A DNA stretch of 61,456 bases, the filler included. It is 15 parts of 15 records of this genome, joined end to end, with 100 filler letters (N's around TTAATTAATTAA, not from the genome) between each part and the next. Parts side by side here need not be neighbours in the genome. Positions count along the whole stretch, not along the records: positions 57,866 to 61,456 come from SRR7504441_41016; 14 more parts are not named here. One strand, given 5' to 3'. This document shows, one piece after another, positions 59,427 through 61,456 of the stretch. Made by a program: the position numbers and the translations under genes. Numbering within the stretch: position 1 is the stretch's first letter; each line of letters starts with the position of its first letter. The notes beneath the pieces were generated by a model. It saw only the letters and a program-made list of their open reading frames with translations, ran no database searches and had not been told where the DNA came from.

Positions 59427-59684
59427 TCACATGATATTGCAGGACGGCTCCGGCACGAGGAAGGACGAAGCGCAGGCGGACTGGCACGCCTGCCAATGAG
59501 TTGTCAGAGGGTCCTCGAGTGCATCGGGTCACCGCATAAGCACCATGCAGGGCCAGCCGGGCCAGCTGCCAAAGAGCCGGCGGCGCATGCGGCCTGGCAA
59601 GCAGCGTAGGCAGCCGGTCCGGCCGAGACAACGCCGGCAAAGATGACGAGGAGAGTACGTAGCGATCACGGGGAGCCACAGCAT
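59427..59684 (-). pseudogene. Small secreted Cys-rich GPAAY-type protein, apparently with two frameshifts
   Basis: MLWLPVIA / TLLVIFAGVVSA-GPAAYAACQAACAAGSLAAGPAGP / GAYA | intron 59490-59532 | ACQSACASSFLVPEPSCNIM*. The three segments lie in different frames. Confidence 0.55.
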
Positions 59685-59906
59685 GGCGCTGCCACCGGGC
59701 AGCTCGCGGGAACCAGCCTCTGGTAGCGGGCAGCACTGACCGTGTGTTGACGACGGAGACGAGCAACCGCCGCCGCTGCTGTCTCCATCGCTGTCTCACA
59801 TCTCTGTCCGGCGTGTCGAGCACGACGTACATGTAACCGAAATTCTCTACTAAAATTAGACCAGAAAAACCGGTACGCCAACTGTGGCACTGTGTGGCGT
59901 GATACG

Positions 59907-60796
59907 ATGACACTGTGTGGGCTGCCAGACGAGGTGCTGTGGAACTGCCTGGGCCGGCTCGGGGTCCGGCGGCTGCTCCAGCTGGGCGGCGCCAGCGCCA
60001 AGCTCCGCCGCTGCCTCACCGACCCCGCCCCGCTGCTCAAGAACCTCCACCTGCGCGAGCTCAACAAGGCTGATAAGCACCAGATCCGCGCAATCCTCCG
60101 CTCACCGGCCGGACGGGCGCTGCACGGGGTGGCCACTGTGTGTGGAGCCGGGACGCGGCTGCCCCCCAGTTCACTCGCTGGGCTGCTGCGGGCACTGCCG
60201 AACCTGCGCGAGCTGCGTCTGCCGGTGCGGCCGGCGATGTGCCCACTCACTGTGAAGCAGGGCCTCCGGCAAGTGGACGGCCTCGTGGCGCGGGCCGCGG
60301 CGCGGGTCGGGGCGCTCCGCACGCTCGATCTTACCGGCTGCACAAGAATCACCGACGCGGACATGCAAACCATATGCTCGGCACACGGCCAGTCGCTCCG
60401 TCGGATCTCCCTGGCGGGTGGCTTGGCTAGCTGGCCAGCACGAGGCTGGGCAGGCTGCATCCAGTTCAAAGCCGGCAGCGCACTGCTCGCCCGCTGCCCC
60501 AAATTGCTGACGCTCAACCTGCGCGCGTGCGGTGGGTGGCCGGCCGGCATCTGAGTGACGCTGGGGCTCAGCTAACATGACCGACGCGGATCTGGTGCCC
60601 AAGGAGACACACAGTACCGTTGGCCGGTCCCGGCGGCGGCTGACTGTGTGCGGCAGGCTGCCTGGAGGCGCTGGTGATCGCGTCGTGCTTTTACATCACG
60701 GATGAGGCTGTGGCGGGGCTCAGAGCCACGTGCCCGGAGTTGCGGCACCTAGACTCGCGCAACTGCTGGTACGTTACTAGCGCGCAAGACACCTAG
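59907..60796 (+). CDS. F-box/LRR-repeat protein
   Basis: LCGLPDEVLWNCLGRL (F-box); LRTLDLTGCTRITD, LLTLNLRAC, SCFYITDEAV...CPELRHLD; three short introns. Confidence 0.85.
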
Positions 60797-60914
60797 TCGC
60801 GTATCTAGTACAAGAGACGAGATGCGTATTTACTAGGGATTCAGACTAAAAACATTGTATTAGCTCCGTCAGTACTCCGTCAGTACGTACTCCGTCGGCC
60901 GGTCACGTCATGGG

Positions 60915-61456
60915 TCAGCTCTTAGCACTTGGCGAGCCCTTGGCAGCCCACATGCGATCGAGCTTGACTTGTCCTGGGACCGACCGCACAGCCTTCCTGC
61001 GCTTCTTCCTCGCGCCGGGCACCTCGCCGCCACCGGAGCCTTTGGGCATCCCCAGCCAGCTCTGCAGGCTCACTGGCTGCTCGAGCTTGCGCTTCCTCGC
61101 AGGCTGCTCGTCGCTAGTCAGATCTATCACAGGGCTCCCCCGCACGTCCTGCAGAGGCCCGCGCGCCGCCTGCTGCTGCCGGCGCATCCTCTCCTGCGCC
61201 ATGACCCAAGCCTGTGAGTTGGCCGCCAACTGTGGGTCCTGATAAGCCCCCGCGGCCGGCTGCCTGTCTCGCTTCAGCGTGGCCTCAAGCTCGCTCGATC
61301 GTCTATCCGCCATCACCCTCGCCTCTCGCCGCCTGGCCTCCACCTCTTTGATAGCCCGACGGCGCGCCTCTTCGAGAGGATCACACTCGGCCGCCTTGGC
61401 AGACTGCTGCCTCTGCCTCTCTGCCGTCTGCTGCTGCTGCTGCTGCTGCTGCTGCT
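60915..61456 (-). CDS. Hypothetical nuclear-type protein C-terminus (polyQ, SIM-like, NLS-like)
   Basis: CAG run, VIDLTSDE, RKRK and RKKRRK. 5' partial. Confidence 0.55.
   Translation of the reverse strand, partial: QQQQQQQQQTAERQRQQSAKAAECDPLEEARRRAIKEVEARRREARVMADRRSSELEATLKRDRQPAAGAYQDPQLAANSQAWVMAQERMRRQQQAARGPLQDVRGSPVIDLTSDEQPARKRKLEQPVSLQSWLGMPKGSGGGEVPGARKKRRKAVRSVPGQVKLDRMWAAKGSPSAKS
61428..61456 (+). repeat. (CTG)n microsatellite (polyQ on the minus strand)
   Basis: About 9 CTG units running to the window end. Confidence 0.9.

Noticed and set aside
1-61456. Transposase, reverse transcriptase, viral or telomeric sequences
   Set aside because: No such motifs were recognised in any frame.

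Overview
This is eukaryotic (protist-like) nuclear DNA, not a prokaryotic locus. It is 15 short contigs (about 3-6 kb each) concatenated with 14 artificial 100-nt linkers (N44-TTAATTAATTAA-N44), so adjacency across a linker means nothing. Genes are dense and often head-to-head. Many carry very short spliceosomal introns (about 36-50 nt, GT-AG plus several GC-AG), so the supplied ORF track fragments real genes and lists many shadow ORFs. Recognisable genes: kinase with 3 TIR-like domains, type I PKS fragment, MBF1, Cdc37-like fusion, NAK-type kinase, ankyrin protein, JmjC/cupin, CDH-like GMC oxidoreductase, CAP-Gly protein, class II aldolase/adducin, copper-monooxygenase-like secreted protein, zf-MYND, selenocysteine glutathione peroxidase with SECIS, Sec16, ABCG transporter, dual-specificity phosphatase, LPMO-like protein, P-loop kinase, EF-hand proteins, UPF0489-like protein, EGF plus beta-propeller glycoside hydrolase, divergent actin and F-box/LRR. 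The most unusual item is the PKS (10151-13306, minus) with architecture KR, histidine phosphatase, ACP, KS and a C-terminal Nup98-type autoprotease (peptidase S59) fold. Also notable: a recurring TAACGG/CCGTTA element in tiny bidirectional promoters, and neighbouring introns that share direct or inverted sequence. All domain calls come from motif recognition by eye; no searches were run.
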